DNA of 64,000 bases, from contig JADFNM010000001.1 of assembly GCA_022563395.1 (NCBI GenBank), forward strand, positions 19,891 through 83,890. Reading direction: 5' to 3'. Positions 29,080 to 38,232 of the stretch are shown piece after piece. The position numbers and the translations under genes were made by a program. The stretch's first letter is position 1, and the number at the start of each line of letters is the position of its first letter. This stretch comes from Patescibacteria group bacterium (GTDB taxonomy: Bacteria; Patescibacteriota; Minisyncoccia; Minisyncoccales; UBA10102). Under the pieces are notes generated by a model that was given only the letters and a program-made list of their open reading frames with translations, was not told where the DNA came from and searched no databases.

Positions 29080-30056
29080 ACCCTCGCTTTGACTTAATTT
29101 CTATAGGAGATACCACCTTAGACGTATTCTTGGAACTGGAGCAGGAGGTGAAGGTGGTGCGCGAAAAGAATGGAACAAAGTATCTTGGTTTAGCGTATGC
29201 AGAAAAGATTCCCGTAAAAAAGCTCACCAATGTGCTTGCAGTGGGGAATTCAGCCAACGTTGCGGTGGGAGGTTCTCGTCTTGGTCTAAAAACTGCCCTG
29301 TATACAGTATTGGGGAATGACGAAATTGGAGAAGAAATGGCAAAGGTGCTTAAAAAAGAAGGAGTTTTTAAAGACTACATTGTTTTTGATAAAAAGAAAA
29401 AGAGCAACTTTTCTGCGGTTTTAAACTACAAAGCAGAGCGGACTATTTTGGTATATCATGAACACCGAAACTACAATCTTCCCAACCTGGGTTCTACAAA
29501 GTGGTTGTACTATAGTTCTTTAGCTGAGGGCCATAGCAAACTTCATTCTCAGATTCCACAATATATAAAGAAGAGTAAGGCAAAGCTGGGATTCAACCCG
29601 GGTTCCCATCAGCTCAATGAAGGATTGCGGAAACTACGCCCCATTCTTAAGGCGTGCACGGTATTGTTTGTGAACCGAGAGGAAGCACAGACACTGGTAG
29701 GAAGAGAGAAGAATATTAAGAAGTTAATGGAGAAACTCCACAAAGAAGGGCCCAAGATAGTTGTTATCACAGAGGGTCCCAAGGGTTCCTATGCCTCTGA
29801 TGGAAAGAATTTGTACCATCTTAAGATTTTCCCTGCACCCTTGGTAGAACGCACAGGGGCTGGAGATAGTTTTTCCACTGGCTTTCTTTCAGCTTTAGCT
29901 TACGGGAAAAAGATTCCAGATGCCATGCGCTGGGGCACGGTGAACTCAGCTTCTGTGATTCAAAAGATAGGGGCCAGGGAAGGCCTTTTGCACAAGAATG
30001 AGATGCAGAAGATTCTTAAGCGGCACCCTGGGTTTAGGCCAAAAAAACTCTCATGA
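29076..30056 (+). CDS. PfkB-family carbohydrate kinase
   Basis: Ribokinase-like fold with the TGAGDSFSTGF signature. ATGA overlap with tkt-C. Confidence 0.8.
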   Translation: MNPRFDLISIGDTTLDVFLELEQEVKVVREKNGTKYLGLAYAEKIPVKKLTNVLAVGNSANVAVGGSRLGLKTALYTVLGNDEIGEEMAKVLKKEGVFKDYIVFDKKKKSNFSAVLNYKAERTILVYHEHRNYNLPNLGSTKWLYYSSLAEGHSKLHSQIPQYIKKSKAKLGFNPGSHQLNEGLRKLRPILKACTVLFVNREEAQTLVGREKNIKKLMEKLHKEGPKIVVITEGPKGSYASDGKNLYHLKIFPAPLVERTGAGDSFSTGFLSALAYGKKIPDAMRWGTVNSASVIQKIGAREGLLHKNEMQKILKRHPGFRPKKLS

Positions 30057-30973
30057 AGTATCGTGTGTTTGCGGCAGAAGAAGTGCCCGAGGTAGCCCTC
30101 AGACTTTTGAGGAAACAAGGGTACAGTGTTCAGGTTGGAGGAAATCTAAAAAGGAAAGCTAAGGGAGTAGAGGCCGTGCTCTGTCTCTTGACCGATAATG
30201 TTAACGGAAAGCTTATGGATGCCATAGGACCTCAACTTAAGGTTATCTCAAACTGTGCAGTAGGGTTAGATAATATTAATCTCAAGGCCGCAAAAAAAAG
30301 GGGGATTGTGGTAACCAATACTCCAGACGTACTGACTGTGGCAGTGGCAGAACACACCATAGCCCTGCTGTTTTCAAGGGCCCGCCGTGTGGCAGAGGCC
30401 GACAGGTTCATGCGCCAAGGAAAATTCAAGGGCTGGGAACCCTTACTCTTTTTGGGCTCTGAAATCTCGCAAAAGACCTTAGGGATTGTGGGCCTGGGAA
30501 GGATTGGCGTAGAAGTGGCAAAAAGAATGCATGATGGTTTTGGCTTAAAGATTTTGTACTATGACGTAAAGAGAAACCAGAAACTGGAGAAGGAATTCGG
30601 TCTCCAGTATAGGGGTTTGCAGAAGCTTTTGCGGGAATCGGACTTTGTGAGTTTGCACGTGCCCATGCTTTCTTCCACCCGTCATCTGATAGGAAAGAAG
30701 GAGTTAGAAGCAATGAAGAAAACCGCCTATCTTATTAACACCGCACGAGGGCCAGTGGTAGACGAGAAGGCTTTGGTGCTTGCCCTAAAAACAAACAGGA
30801 TTAGGGGAGCTGCCTTGGATGTGTTTGAAAACGAGCCAAAGCTTGCCCCGGGATTGATAAAACTCAAGAACGTGGTGCTGACCCCGCACATTGCCTCTGC
30901 CACAGAAGAAACAAGGGATGCCATGGCAGAGCTTGCTGCAAAGAATATTATCATGGTGTTAGAAAACCTATGA
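30053..30973 (+). CDS. D-isomer-specific 2-hydroxyacid dehydrogenase (glyoxylate/hydroxypyruvate reductase-like)
   Basis: GIVGLGRIG NAD motif, NTARG and LTPHIAS. Confidence 0.85.
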   Translation: MKYRVFAAEEVPEVALRLLRKQGYSVQVGGNLKRKAKGVEAVLCLLTDNVNGKLMDAIGPQLKVISNCAVGLDNINLKAAKKRGIVVTNTPDVLTVAVAEHTIALLFSRARRVAEADRFMRQGKFKGWEPLLFLGSEISQKTLGIVGLGRIGVEVAKRMHDGFGLKILYYDVKRNQKLEKEFGLQYRGLQKLLRESDFVSLHVPMLSSTRHLIGKKELEAMKKTAYLINTARGPVVDEKALVLALKTNRIRGAALDVFENEPKLAPGLIKLKNVVLTPHIASATEETRDAMAELAAKNIIMVLENL

Positions 30974-31932
30974 TTAAGGAAGCGATTGAGAACTTTGCCA
31001 GCCAGTTTGCATATAATCCTGTCATTGAAAACCAAAAGAACTGGCAGAAGTTTGAAAAGTTTTTGCTGGTGGGCATGGGAGGCTCTCATCTACAGGGTGG
31101 CATTATGCGCATGCTAAAACCCTCTTTGGATTTTATGATTCACCAGGACTACGGCTTGCCGCCTTACGCCAGCAAGGATCGTCTGGTTATCGTTTCCTCA
31201 TATTCTGGTAATACAGAAGAAACAGTTAGTGCATTCAAGGAAGCTGTAGAAAAGGGATTCCCTTTGGCTGTGAGTTCTGTGGGAGGAAAGCTCATTGAGT
31301 TGGCAAAAGAACATCAGGTACCATATGTGCAGATCCCGGATACAGGCATTCAGCCGCGCTCTGCCATTGGGTATACCCTAAGAGCGCTGCTCAAACTCAC
31401 AGGGGAAGAAGAGTTGCTGCGGGAGTCCTCAGAGCTTGCGGCCCGTTTGCGCCCCAAGGAGTTTGAGGATGCAGGAAAAGCGTTGGCCAAGCGTCTTTTT
31501 GGAAAGATTCCTGTGGTATACAGCTCAAGACGCAACCAGCCTATTGCGTACAACTGGAAGATTAAGTTTAACGAATCAGCAAAGATTCCCGCCTTTTACA
31601 ACGTCTTCCCAGAGCTCAACCACAACGAGATGGCAGGGTTTTCCGCCAAAGGCGGACCCGCCTCATTTAATCATCTCTTTTGTGTTATCCTTCTCAAAGA
31701 CACAAAAGACCACCCAAGAATTCAAAAGAGAATGGAGGTGACAGAACAGCTATACCGCGAGCGCGGAGTTCAGGTGGAAACAAAAGAATTGGAAGGGAAG
31801 AGCTTGCCAGAGCGCATCTTCTCTTCCTTGCTGTTGGCAGACTGGACTGCTTGGTATACAGCAAAAGAGTACAGAACTGAGCCAGAGGAAGTTGTCATGA
31901 TAGAGGAATTCAAAAAACAGATTGCAAAGTAA
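30970..31932 (+). CDS. bifunctional phosphoglucose/phosphomannose isomerase (archaeal-type SIS)
   Basis: GMGGS..., SYSGNTEET and a 320-aa length fit the PGI/PMI family. Confidence 0.75.
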   Translation: MIKEAIENFASQFAYNPVIENQKNWQKFEKFLLVGMGGSHLQGGIMRMLKPSLDFMIHQDYGLPPYASKDRLVIVSSYSGNTEETVSAFKEAVEKGFPLAVSSVGGKLIELAKEHQVPYVQIPDTGIQPRSAIGYTLRALLKLTGEEELLRESSELAARLRPKEFEDAGKALAKRLFGKIPVVYSSRRNQPIAYNWKIKFNESAKIPAFYNVFPELNHNEMAGFSAKGGPASFNHLFCVILLKDTKDHPRIQKRMEVTEQLYRERGVQVETKELEGKSLPERIFSSLLLADWTAWYTAKEYRTEPEEVVMIEEFKKQIAK

Positions 31933-31985
31933 ACTGGGGAAAACCCTCTTTGCAACTTTTCTTGTAAATCGTACAATTATATAAT

Positions 31986-32603
31986 ATGAACCAAGAGCTT
32001 CATTCTTTTGTAAAGGAATCCTTAGGGAGTAAGCAGAACAGGGCCGCAATAAAGGAAGCCCTGCTTTCAGCTGGGTGGCAAGAGCAAGAGATTACAAAAG
32101 CCTTAAACTCCTTTGCCGAGGTTGATTTTCCCATACCTGTCCCCAAAAAGAAGCCATATCTTGCAGCCAGGGAAGCGTTTCTTTACTTGGTTTCTTTTAT
32201 TACTTTATATATTTCAGCTTTTAGCTTTGGTGCGCTCGTTTTTTCCTTTATCGACATCTGGTTTCCAGACCCGCTCCGCTTTGGGGGAGGTGTTCCAAGA
32301 ACCGCAATTGCTTCTTTGATTGTTGCCTTCCCTATTTTCCTGGTTATTACCCGTGCATTGCACAAAGGCGCAGCCAAAGACCCGGAGCGAAAGGAGTCTA
32401 AGGTAAAGAAATGGCTGACCTACCTTACTTTAGTGATTGCAGCAGGGGTGCTTATCGGAGACCTTATCACCGTGCTTTCCAGTTTGTTGGGAGGAGAGCT
32501 TAGCATGCGATTTTTCCTCAAGGCTCTCACTGTCTTTATTGTTGCAGGGAGTATCTTTGGATATTATCTTTCTGATCTCCAGAAAGAAGAAAAAGAATCA
32601 TGA
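31986..32603 (+). CDS. DUF5671-like membrane protein
   Basis: A soluble N-terminal helix-rich segment followed by 4 TM helices, as in CPR DUF5671 proteins. Confidence 0.55.
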   Translation: MNQELHSFVKESLGSKQNRAAIKEALLSAGWQEQEITKALNSFAEVDFPIPVPKKKPYLAAREAFLYLVSFITLYISAFSFGALVFSFIDIWFPDPLRFGGGVPRTAIASLIVAFPIFLVITRALHKGAAKDPERKESKVKKWLTYLTLVIAAGVLIGDLITVLSSLLGGELSMRFFLKALTVFIVAGSIFGYYLSDLQKEEKES

Positions 32604-33061
32604 AACAGCTCTTCTCTTCTAAAGTGTTTGTTCGAATAGTCATTGGTGTTGTGGTTTTGGCAGTGGGGTATGGCATTCTCCTTGCAGGTTCACCTCTAAA
32701 GCAGCGTGCCTTGCAGTTTGACCAAAGACGAATTTCAGACCTGCAGAATATTTCCTCTGCTATAGATATGTATTGGCGAAACAATGAAAAGCTTCCTTTG
32801 ACCTTTGACGATTTGAAGAATCAGTATTCCTATATCCGTTCTGTAGTAGATCCTGTTACTCAAGAATCCTATGAATACAATATACGTTCTGAGACGGAGT
32901 ACGAACTTTGTGCGGTGTTTGAGATGGATTCTTTAGATTATGGTGTAGGAATAGCCAGAAAACCTTTTCAAGAGCCTTGGACGCATGGAATAGGGAAGAC
33001 ATGCTTTGAGAGAGAAGTTCAAGACGCAAGAGGTCGCGCGTTAGAACCAGCATTTCCTTAA
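32600..33061 (+). CDS. pilin-like (type II/IV pseudopilin fold) exported protein without a canonical prepilin motif
   Basis: N-terminal TM helix, then RRISDLQNISSAIDMYW...LP, the typical pilin alpha1-C pattern. Confidence 0.45.
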   Translation: MKQLFSSKVFVRIVIGVVVLAVGYGILLAGSPLKQRALQFDQRRISDLQNISSAIDMYWRNNEKLPLTFDDLKNQYSYIRSVVDPVTQESYEYNIRSETEYELCAVFEMDSLDYGVGIARKPFQEPWTHGIGKTCFEREVQDARGRALEPAFP

Positions 33062-33076
33062 CGAAATTAAGTTTTT

Positions 33077-33277
33077 ATGGAACAAATCTTAGCAAATCCG
33101 TTTTTTCTTATTGCAGTAGCCCTGTGGACTCTTCCTTGGAAAGGAGTTGCCTTATGGAGAGCGGCAAAAAGAGGAGAGAAGAAATGGTTCGTAGCACTCT
33201 TGGTTTTCAACACCCTTGCAGTTCTTGAAATCATCTATATTCTCTTTTTCAGCAAAAGGCCAAACAATCTTAAGTGA
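33077..33277 (+). CDS. DUF5652-like small membrane protein
   Basis: 66 aa with two TM helices and LPWKGVALWRAAKRGEKKWFV. Confidence 0.6.
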   Translation: MEQILANPFFLIAVALWTLPWKGVALWRAAKRGEKKWFVALLVFNTLAVLEIIYILFFSKRPNNLK

Positions 33278-33351
33278 AACGCAAACAAAGGTGTGGTATA
33301 CTGCAAAGGAGATTATTACTAACCAAGTTTCCTTAATTTCATTAAGGAACT

Positions 33352-35184
33352 ATGCACATCATGTATAGTCTAACAAAATATGTTGTAGCAGGAGTCATTC
33401 TTTCTCTTGCATTGCAGGGAGGCGCTGCCCTAGCTCAAGAGACCAACGAGGCAGAGCTTGAGGCAATAGAGCTTGCAGAATCAGTCACGTTGGCAGATTT
33501 GGAGATTGAGGATCCAGGTCTTTTGCCCACATCTCCTTTCTACTTTTTTAAGGAATGGGGAAGAGGTATTCAGAGCTTCTTTACCTTTAACTCCATTGCA
33601 AAGGCGGAGCTTGAAGCCCGTTTTACCAACGAAAAAGCAGCGGAATTAAAAGTAGTGCAAGAGCAGCGCCCGGATGACGAGCAAGCAATTACCCGTGCCC
33701 TTTCAAATTTTGAGCGTTCCCAAGAACGCCTTAAGGAGCGTTTGGAGCGTGTGCAGGAAACCTCAGAGAATCCCAACGTGGAGCGCTTACTCAACAGGAT
33801 TGTAGAAAAGAGTATTGTCCACACAAAGCTGTTGGAGGAGATAGGGGCGAAAGATAGCGGCTTTCAAGTTACAGTAGCAGCAGCGATAGAACGCATAAAT
33901 GAGAAGGCTGCGGGAGCTTTGGGAGAATTGGCAGAGCTTGATACTCCAGAAAAGTTTGCGGAGCGTATAAAGTTTGCCTTGGAAAACTCGCCGGGATCTG
34001 CGTTTAAGCATATCCGTTCCGTTGAGTTTATCGACAAAATTGAAGAATATCTCCCAGATGAGGTGAAGACGCGCTTGCAAAGAGTGCGTGAGGAGTTCAA
34101 GGATCGCGTGAGAGAAAGAATTGAGCTTGAAGGAGAAGATGGAGAAAAGCTGCGTGCCATCTTTGAACGCATTCCCGGAGATGACAGCAGGAGAGCTGTG
34201 GTGTTAGAGGAGATTCGCCTGAAGCTTTCTGACCGGGCAGCCAGCGCGTTAGAAGGGGTTCAGAGCTTCATTGAGAGAAAGATTTCTAGTGCAGTAGACT
34301 ACAAGGAGAGGACAGCAGAACAAATACACCGTGCAGGGTTAGTTCTTGCTCGGGCGCAAGAAAAAATGAGGGAGGCAGACACGGTGCGCCAGGCAGCGAG
34401 AGATTTACTTTCGCAGGCAGAGCGCCATCTTGTTTCAGCAAAAGAGGCGTTTGAACAGGAACAGTACGGCGAAGCATTTGGGCAGGCAAGAGCAGCCGAG
34501 GTTGCAGCGCGCAATGCTTTGCAAGCTCTTGAGGGGGGCGTGGATTCACCTTCCGTTCTTGAACTCCAGCGGGTGCAAGACAGATTGCAAGACCGTGTGC
34601 GACTCCTAGAACCTACTACGCCAAGACCAAGCGATTTGAGCGATACTGCTTTGTGTACGCTGGAGTTTAAGCCCGTATGCGGTGTAGATGGCAAAACTTA
34701 CTCTAATCGCTGTATTGCAGAAAAACAAAATGAGGTATCTGTTGTACATGAAGGAAGATGCCAAGGGGAGAGCGCACTTCAGCCGAGTGACATTCTCCAA
34801 AAGCTTACTCCAACTTTAAGTGAAACGTTCCAACAGTTTCTTCCCGTTCTTGGAGAACCGAAAGATGAGTCTTCTTCAGGAACCACGCTGCAAGCAGAAC
34901 AAGTACAGGTGGTAAGAACGATAGAGGCAGATGATAATGGGTTTTACCCATCTTCTGAAGTCAGGGTAAAGAAAGGAGCAGAGGTGAAGCTGACCTTTAC
35001 TGTACGTACTACTAATGTATATTTTGGAGGTTTGGATTTTCGAAGTTCGAAATTCAAAACAGCATCGGTAAAACCCGGGCAATCAACCACTGTAGAATTT
35101 GTTGCAGATGAATCCTTTGAATTCACCTCTTGGTGGCCAGCCTCAGAACGTTTGAAGGCCCGGGGCAACGTGGTGGTGGAATAG
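33352..35184 (+). CDS. secreted DUF5667-like coiled-coil protein with Kazal-like and cupredoxin-like C-terminal domains
   Basis: Signal peptide. LPTSPFYFFKEWGRGIQSFFTF (DUF5667). CTLEFKPVCGVDGKTYSNRCIAEKQNEVSVVHEGRC at 34654-34761 (Kazal-like). The C-terminal beta-rich segment reads EVRVKKGAEVKLTFT...GQSTTVEF. Confidence 0.7.
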   Translation: MHIMYSLTKYVVAGVILSLALQGGAALAQETNEAELEAIELAESVTLADLEIEDPGLLPTSPFYFFKEWGRGIQSFFTFNSIAKAELEARFTNEKAAELKVVQEQRPDDEQAITRALSNFERSQERLKERLERVQETSENPNVERLLNRIVEKSIVHTKLLEEIGAKDSGFQVTVAAAIERINEKAAGALGELAELDTPEKFAERIKFALENSPGSAFKHIRSVEFIDKIEEYLPDEVKTRLQRVREEFKDRVRERIELEGEDGEKLRAIFERIPGDDSRRAVVLEEIRLKLSDRAASALEGVQSFIERKISSAVDYKERTAEQIHRAGLVLARAQEKMREADTVRQAARDLLSQAERHLVSAKEAFEQEQYGEAFGQARAAEVAARNALQALEGGVDSPSVLELQRVQDRLQDRVRLLEPTTPRPSDLSDTALCTLEFKPVCGVDGKTYSNRCIAEKQNEVSVVHEGRCQGESALQPSDILQKLTPTLSETFQQFLPVLGEPKDESSSGTTLQAEQVQVVRTIEADDNGFYPSSEVRVKKGAEVKLTFTVRTTNVYFGGLDFRSSKFKTASVKPGQSTTVEFVADESFEFTSWWPASERLKARGNVVVE

Positions 35185-35185
35185 G

Positions 35186-35842
35186 ATGAATGAAAACTTG
35201 GCAGCGCGAAAGAAAAGGTCAGTTCAGGTTGTACAAAAGCTCAAGAAACTATTTCCCAACGCCAGGATTGTCTTAAAATACAAAAACAACTGGGAGCTTT
35301 TGGTTGCGGTTATCCTTTCTGCTCAATGCACCGACAAGAAAGTAAATGAGGTTACACAGAAGATTTTTAAGAAATACAAGAATCTGGGTGATTATATACA
35401 GGCAGACCAAAAAGAGTTTGAGCAGGATATTAAGCCAACAGGATTTTTTCGCAACAAGGCAAAGAATATCTTGGCTGCAGCTAAGATGATAAAAGGGAAG
35501 TTTGGGGGAAAAGTTCCAAGAACTATGCAAGAAATGCTTAAGCTTCCTGGTGTTGCAAGAAAGACCGCAAACGTGGTTCTGGGGAATGCATACGGAATAG
35601 TAGAAGGCATCGCGGTAGATACCCATGTAAGGCGATTGTCTCTTAAATTTCGTTTAAGCAACCACGCAGATCCCAATAAGATAGAGCAGGATTTAATGAA
35701 GCTTGTTCCAAAGAAAGATTGGTTTTTCCTCACCTATGGCCTCATTGAATACGGAAGACACATTTGCCCCAGAAGAAAACATGAGTGCAAAGATCATCCT
35801 TTAACTAAAATATATCAAAAAGCAGCAACGATCTGGCCATAA
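35186..35842 (+). CDS. nth: endonuclease III family DNA glycosylase
   Basis: HhH-GPD pattern (LPGVARKTANVVL...VDTHV). The C-terminus has only 2 of the 4 FeS cysteines. Confidence 0.85.
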   Translation: MNENLAARKKRSVQVVQKLKKLFPNARIVLKYKNNWELLVAVILSAQCTDKKVNEVTQKIFKKYKNLGDYIQADQKEFEQDIKPTGFFRNKAKNILAAAKMIKGKFGGKVPRTMQEMLKLPGVARKTANVVLGNAYGIVEGIAVDTHVRRLSLKFRLSNHADPNKIEQDLMKLVPKKDWFFLTYGLIEYGRHICPRRKHECKDHPLTKIYQKAATIWP

Positions 35843-36177
35843 TGGAGAAGTTAACTGAGAAAAAATGCGTGCCGTGTGAAGGAGGAACTCCTCCTTTGAA
35901 CGAGGAAGAAATCCAAGCATACGCAGGTCAGCTTCAGGGTGAATGGGAGGCTATAGATGAGAAAAAAATACAAAAGCAGTTTTCTTTCAAGAACTTTAAA
36001 GAGGCCTTGGCGTTTGTAAACAAGGTAGGCGAGATTGCAGAATCTGAAGGGCACCACCCTGATATTCGCCTGTTTGGATACAAGAATGTGGAAATTGAGC
36101 TTTCTACGCATGCCATTGGCGGTCTCTCCGAGAATGACTTTATTGTAGCCGCAAAAATAGAGCAGCTTTCTGCTTAA
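35842..36177 (+). CDS. phhB: pterin-4-alpha-carbinolamine dehydratase
   Basis: F.F.NF..A..F.N.V...AE..GHHPD motif. Confidence 0.85.
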   Translation: MEKLTEKKCVPCEGGTPPLNEEEIQAYAGQLQGEWEAIDEKKIQKQFSFKNFKEALAFVNKVGEIAESEGHHPDIRLFGYKNVEIELSTHAIGGLSENDFIVAAKIEQLSA

Positions 36178-36218
36178 ATCTCGTTTAGGTGTGGATAACT
36201 AAACGAGATTTAAGCAGA
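36169..36218 (+). repeat. DnaA-box-loop palindromic element (20-bp perfect stem)
   Basis: TCTGCTTAAATCTCGTTTAG GTGTGGATAA CTAAACGAGATTTAAGCAGA. The PCD stop codon TAA (36175-36177) lies inside the left arm. Confidence 0.92.
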
Positions 36219-36234
36219 CGGGGGGATACTGCAA

Positions 36235-36654
36235 ATGAAACGTATACTGCAAGATAAGAATACGTATGTGCTTTCTCTCAAGCGGGGGGAGGAGTTGATG
36301 GAGGGAATCAAGGAGTTTTGCAAAGAACACCATATTGAGGCCGCCTTCTTTCATGCCATTGGGGCTGCAAACGAGGTAGAACTTGCCTGGTATGACCTTG
36401 GGGTAAAGCAGTATGTGACGGCCTTGTTTCAAGAAGATCTGGAGCTTGTTTCTTTAACTGGGAATGTGAGCACAATGGGAAACGAATTGGTGGTACACAG
36501 CCATGGAGTATTCTCTGGCAAAGACATGAAAACAAAAGGAGGTCATGTTAACAAGGCAGTGGTTTCGGGTGCCTGCGAGATTATCCTGTGGCGTCTTGAA
36601 GGAACGATTGACCGCGCCTTTGACGAGAATACGGGGCTAAATTTGATGACATGA
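36235..36654 (+). CDS. PPC/DUF296 domain protein
   Basis: YVLSLKRGEELMEGIKEFCKEHHIEAAFFHAIGA...LTGNVS...HSHGV pattern. Confidence 0.7.
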   Translation: MKRILQDKNTYVLSLKRGEELMEGIKEFCKEHHIEAAFFHAIGAANEVELAWYDLGVKQYVTALFQEDLELVSLTGNVSTMGNELVVHSHGVFSGKDMKTKGGHVNKAVVSGACEIILWRLEGTIDRAFDENTGLNLMT

Positions 36655-36667
36655 AGGAATCAAATTT

Positions 36668-36736
36668 CAGTTTCCCCCGTGTAGGAAATTATTCAAAACC
36701 GAGGGTTTTGAAAAGAAGGGGGGTCGGGGGAAACTG
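36668..36736 (+). other. nested hairpin element between the DUF296 gene and the nagZ-like gene
   Basis: A 12-bp outer stem (CAGTTTCCCCCG with CGGGGGAAACTG) encloses CAAAACC GAG GGTTTTG. No T-tract follows. Confidence 0.45.
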
Positions 36737-36757
36737 TGTGAGCGTAAATTTCATGAG

Positions 36758-37813
36758 ATGAGGAGGATTCTCTTTTTGCTTGCGGGACTGGCTACCTTGG
36801 CCGGTTTTTCGTTTCTTGTTTTTCCTTCTGAAAAGATGGGAGACGATGAGGAAGAGCTCTCCTTGGAACGGGCCGTGGGGCAGGTTCTCTTGATGGGGTT
36901 TGAAGGGACCATTCTTACCCCAAAACTGGAGGCCCTAATGCGAAAGATCCAGCCCGGGGGCGTCTTGCTTCTGGAAAGGAACATTGAGAACGCAGAGCAG
37001 CTATCTCGTCTTACTACGGCTTTGCAGGAACTCTCCTCTGTTTCTCTGTTTATCGCAGTAGATCAGGAGGGAGGGGAGATAGCAAGGATTCCATGGGTAG
37101 AGGATACTGCGCAGGCGGAATTAAAAGATGCAGAACATGCGCTCATCGTGGGCGGAAAAAGAGCACAGGAGTTAAAGAGATTAGGAATTACCATGAATTT
37201 AGCCCCGGTGTTAGATAGCAGAGATAAGAATGATTTTTTATTTGAGCGATCCTTTCGAGGTGATGCACAAACGGTAGTTGAGCTGGCAGAAGCTTTATAT
37301 ACAAGTCATGAAAGAGAGGGAATCACTTCTGTGCCAAAACATTATCCTGGATATGATGATGTTGTTTTCAATCCAGAGATTGGAACGATTCCCCGTGCTG
37401 CGACATTCCCAGAGAGTATGGTCTTTAAAGAGTTTTTGCACAACGTTATGCCGTCTTTTCTGATGCTGTCTCATCTCTTTTATGATGAACTTGATGGTGA
37501 AAATCCACTACCTCTTTCCTCAATTGGTATTATAGCTATTCGAGAGCGTGTTGGAGATAGAATTCTTTTAATCTCAGATGATTTGTTGAGTAAGTCTCTT
37601 CTGACATTTTATCCTCCAGAAGAGATTGGAGCTTTGGCGATGATGGCTGGAATAGACGTTTTGTTGGTAGCTGGGTACCCAGATATTGATATGGTAGAAA
37701 GATTTTATGAGGGTTTTTTGGAGCGAGCAAAAGAGGATGCAAGATTGCGAGAGCGAATATTTAAAAGTGCAGCGAGGGTTCTTGAAATAAAAGGGGAATT
37801 TGCCCTTCCATAG
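36758..37813 (+). CDS. nagZ: glycoside hydrolase family 3 N-terminal domain protein (NagZ-like beta-N-acetylhexosaminidase)
   Basis: VDQEGGEIARI and KHYPGY motifs. N-terminal membrane anchor. Confidence 0.8.
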   Translation: MRRILFLLAGLATLAGFSFLVFPSEKMGDDEEELSLERAVGQVLLMGFEGTILTPKLEALMRKIQPGGVLLLERNIENAEQLSRLTTALQELSSVSLFIAVDQEGGEIARIPWVEDTAQAELKDAEHALIVGGKRAQELKRLGITMNLAPVLDSRDKNDFLFERSFRGDAQTVVELAEALYTSHEREGITSVPKHYPGYDDVVFNPEIGTIPRAATFPESMVFKEFLHNVMPSFLMLSHLFYDELDGENPLPLSSIGIIAIRERVGDRILLISDDLLSKSLLTFYPPEEIGALAMMAGIDVLLVAGYPDIDMVERFYEGFLERAKEDARLRERIFKSAARVLEIKGEFALP

Positions 37814-37837
37814 GGACAATAGTATGCTAGAAACACC

Positions 37838-38230
37838 ATGGAAGAACTTATCATCCATAGCAAAAAGGAAAAGGAGGTTTTAGACATTACCGATGAACTA
37901 AAAGAGCTCGTCAGGGAAAAGGGGGCGAAAGAGGGGGTGTGCAACCTTTTTTTGACCCATACCTCGGCTGCCTTAACCACGGCAGATTTAGATAACGGAA
38001 CGGATTTGGACATGCTGGATGCTTTTGAAGAAGTGGTGCCCCAGTTAGCATACCGTCACCCCCACAATCCAGGGCATGTGAAATATCACATTCTCTCTTC
38101 TATTATTGGTTCTTCTCTTACCATTCCCATTGAAAAAGGGGAGTTGGTGCTGGGGCCATGGCAGAAAATCGTGTTAATTGAGTTTGGAGGCCCGAGAGAA
38201 AGAACCGTTGCAGTGAACTTTATTTCCTGA
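37838..38230 (+). CDS. yjbQ: YjbQ/UPF0047 family protein (secondary thiamine-phosphate synthase)
   Basis: FLTHTSAALT...GHVKYHILSS...LVLGPWQ.I.L.EF pattern. Confidence 0.85.
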   Translation: MEELIIHSKKEKEVLDITDELKELVREKGAKEGVCNLFLTHTSAALTTADLDNGTDLDMLDAFEEVVPQLAYRHPHNPGHVKYHILSSIIGSSLTIPIEKGELVLGPWQKIVLIEFGGPRERTVAVNFIS

Positions 38231-38232
38231 AT

